64,000 nucleotides of DNA, from the NCBI GenBank assembly GCA_047495785.1, contig JBLDXI010000042.1, forward strand, positions 744,001-808,000, given 5' to 3'. The first letter of the stretch is position 1. Each line of letters begins with the position of its first letter. The notes under the pieces were generated by a model. It worked only from the letters and a program-made list of their open reading frames with translations, did not search any database and was not told the DNA's origin. The stretch comes from Lepidodermella squamata. Lineage: Eukaryota > Animalia > Gastrotricha. Shown piece by piece: positions 62,201 through 64,000 of this stretch. Made by a program: the position numbers and the translations under genes.

Positions 62201-63345
62201 TATAGTGCATGTCTTCCAATGCAAACTGTAACTCAGTTTAAAATCTGTGCGTGAGAGAAAACAAAATCATTCGTTAAATATGAAGTGCTTCTACGGTAAA
62301 ACTACCGCCGCGCGCGGTAAAAACTTACTAACGCGGCGGCGTTAGTTTTACCGCAAAAGCATTATGGTAGCCTTGTTTGCGTGCTGCAGTAGAATAATTA
62401 CCGTCAAACTAAGAGTTATACCGAAACGCTAACGTAATGTAGTGGTCCCGTTTTGCGTCCTCGGAGAAAATCGACGAAGATCGACTGAGCTACCCATGGC
62501 CATGTGTATCATCCGCAAAGGGCATGAATTTTCAATGGAATGGTTGGAATTGGCCCCCCCCCCCCCCTCCCCCCAATTCCCTAGGGTATTCGCCTCGCCG
62601 CTCGGGAAACATTAAGTCCCCTACAGAGATTTTATTCTCTATGATATAGCGCACGGCATGGCTTGCGCAATGCCGGCGAAGCACGATCGAGGACGTTTCC
62701 TCATCGCTTCATTATACATACCACCCAACTAAATTCTTAAGTAACTTGATATAAATTTCAAAAACCCAGATTAATTTTCAATTTTGGAATTGGTTTCAAC
62801 ATGTCTTATGAACTGACGACAATAAGTCATAAGCAATCAATTTTGAGGAAAATTCAGGGACCCTTGTATTTCAGGGACTTGAACAATTTCAGATTTACTT
62901 GTCCGGTTTGAGAATATTAAATAAAAACAACTTTTGAGCAAAATAAAAAGCCATGAATACATTTTGTAAAAAAAAACTACGAAATCTAACGAATATTGGA
63001 ATTTAGGAAAGCATTTAAGCTCAGAGCTCAGCTTTTTTATTTAGCATTTAGCATCACTTGAAACGTTACCCCAGTTAGGCAGTTAGCCCTGTTGGCGAAT
63101 GTCGCAGACGAAAATTCACGCGTTTCAGACCCAGCCTGACAGCCAGCTGTCTCGAGGCGGCAATCGACAAAGCTTCCAGTTGACAAATCGAAGCACCTGA
63201 CATGCTGCTTCTCGCTGTCTGGAACTTGCACTATAACAGTGCAACATAAAATGGTTCATGAAGTAATTATGAGTCAATGAAAAACCTACATGTTGTCCCT
63301 GAGATGCAGAGGCTTAAATTAGCGTACGAGCTGCCACCTTCAAGC
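50295..63345 (-). CDS. Paralog of the Cys-rich repeat + 2xLamG secreted protein (5' end not in window or disrupted); ~9-kb TE-filled intron at ~51340-60300
   Basis: Exons at ~63290-63345, 63065-63231, 61180-61248, 60820-60892, 60300-60670, 50490-51335 and 50295-50430 match the 21904-26078 exons in order (VPDSEKQHVRCF, GKQCYGAFPSGTR, TPFGLP...DISGN, WPLVSD, CAAFQIPGMN*). Confidence 0.68.
52410..55909 (+). mobile_element. Mutator-like (MULE) DNA transposon, apparently autonomous
   Basis: ~50-bp TIR gcttatttgcagacccccccta gaaaagtgaacgacgagaaattcaaattt; perfect 9-bp TSD tttattatg (52401-52409, 55910-55918). Confidence 0.93.
52719..55444 (+). CDS. MULE transposase with SWIM zinc finger; exons 52719-53919, ~53973-54740, 54792-55444 (~873 aa)
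   Basis: LFVDSS (D), FTIDMS (D), CMFH, TNNPVE (E), SWIM CSC...LCKH; phase-1 introns splice in frame with no stops. Confidence 0.88.
56930..57803 (+). mobile_element. 5'-truncated LINE related to the 2105-6867 element
   Basis: ORF2 C-terminus (RPGLSFRWRRASYLALVRSIASFG) closely resembles 2406-2880; pyrimidine-rich UTR; aaggacaaataaaa + ttcg tail. Confidence 0.88.
58230..60243 (+). mobile_element. Decayed CR1/L2-type LINE (EN-RT) with (TAAA)n tail
   Basis: GGGVGLLV, IYRRPN, TGFDGIP, QHGF..YHSTET, IDLSEALDT, GVPQG and DADD across several frameshifts; taaa repeats at ~60219-60243. Confidence 0.85.
61953..62438. mobile_element. MITE
   Basis: Imperfect TIR g(c/t)tagcgtttcggtataac...tttgac(a/g)gt(g/a)att at both ends. 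Confidence 0.7.
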
Positions 63346-63359
63346 TGTGAAACCTTCAA

Positions 63360-64000
63360 GCTTTACTCGGCAATTTCAGCGATCTCAGTATGACCCAAAC
63401 CGGACAGTTCATCACCCGACCGTCATCTGGTACAGCTATTGATCACTGCTGGCATAGCAAAGAAACAAAATATCTTGCCGCAGGTTCTGTTCAGGGCTTT
63501 AGCGACCATCATGGCCTGATCTCCGCATTTGACATGCCCAAAAGAAAACCCGATGAAGAAGTTGTTGAGTTCAGGAACTACAAGAACTTCTCGGAGACTG
63601 AATTCTCAAAGGATCTTGGTGAAGGATGCCAAAATCTAATTCCGCCAGAAAATGATGTGAACGATGCTTGTGGCAAATTTACCGATCACTTCTGCAAGAC
63701 CCTCGACAAGCATGCCCCGAAAACAAAAATAAAGAATTCCTGTCTTCCGAAAGTTACGAAGAAGTGCAAGGACCCGGAAGTACTTAATGCTTTGCGTGAA
63801 AAACAAATGGCCCACAGAGTACACTTAACGAAGCCAACACCTGAGTCTCACCTCCGTTTCAAAGCGATGAAGTCGAAAGCTCGCATCCAATTTCAGATTT
63901 CTACTTGAAGAAACTGCAAGAAGCAGCATCGTGCCCGAAGAAAACCTGGGCGGTTCTCCGTGAATTTCTCCCGCACAAATCAAAAGAAGGAGTGATTTCA
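63360..64000 (+). mobile_element. CR1/L2-type LINE ORF2 fragment (endonuclease C-terminus and linker), runs off the window
   Basis: TRPSSGTAIDH, SDH, FRNYKNFS...F..DL and LDKHAP motifs. Confidence 0.8.

Overview
Eukaryotic (invertebrate animal) genomic DNA with short GT-AG introns (often 50-60 bp), many MITEs/LINEs and a TTAGGG-type repeat; the species cannot be determined from the sequence. The main discovery is an 8-exon gene (36564-43541, +). It splices in frame into a ~1148-aa type I membrane protein: signal peptide, a full GH65/PGGHG-like (acid trehalase-like) glycosidase ectodomain with altered catalytic motifs, one TM helix, and an intact MET/TAM-like tyrosine kinase. This is a candidate glycan-sensing receptor tyrosine kinase. 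It abuts a compact cluster of glycan-modifying genes (a GT-like gene, a GT32 and two carbohydrate sulfotransferases). The window also holds a Cys-loop channel with an N-terminal LamG/pentraxin-like domain, secreted proteins built from an unrecognised Cys-rich repeat with or without tandem LamG domains, three tandem gustatory-receptor-like genes, and two small secreted peptide genes. Mobile elements include a near-intact I/Jockey-group LINE, an apparently intact Mutator element, an internally deleted P-superfamily element and several MITEs. Family assignments come from motif recognition by eye, not database searches.
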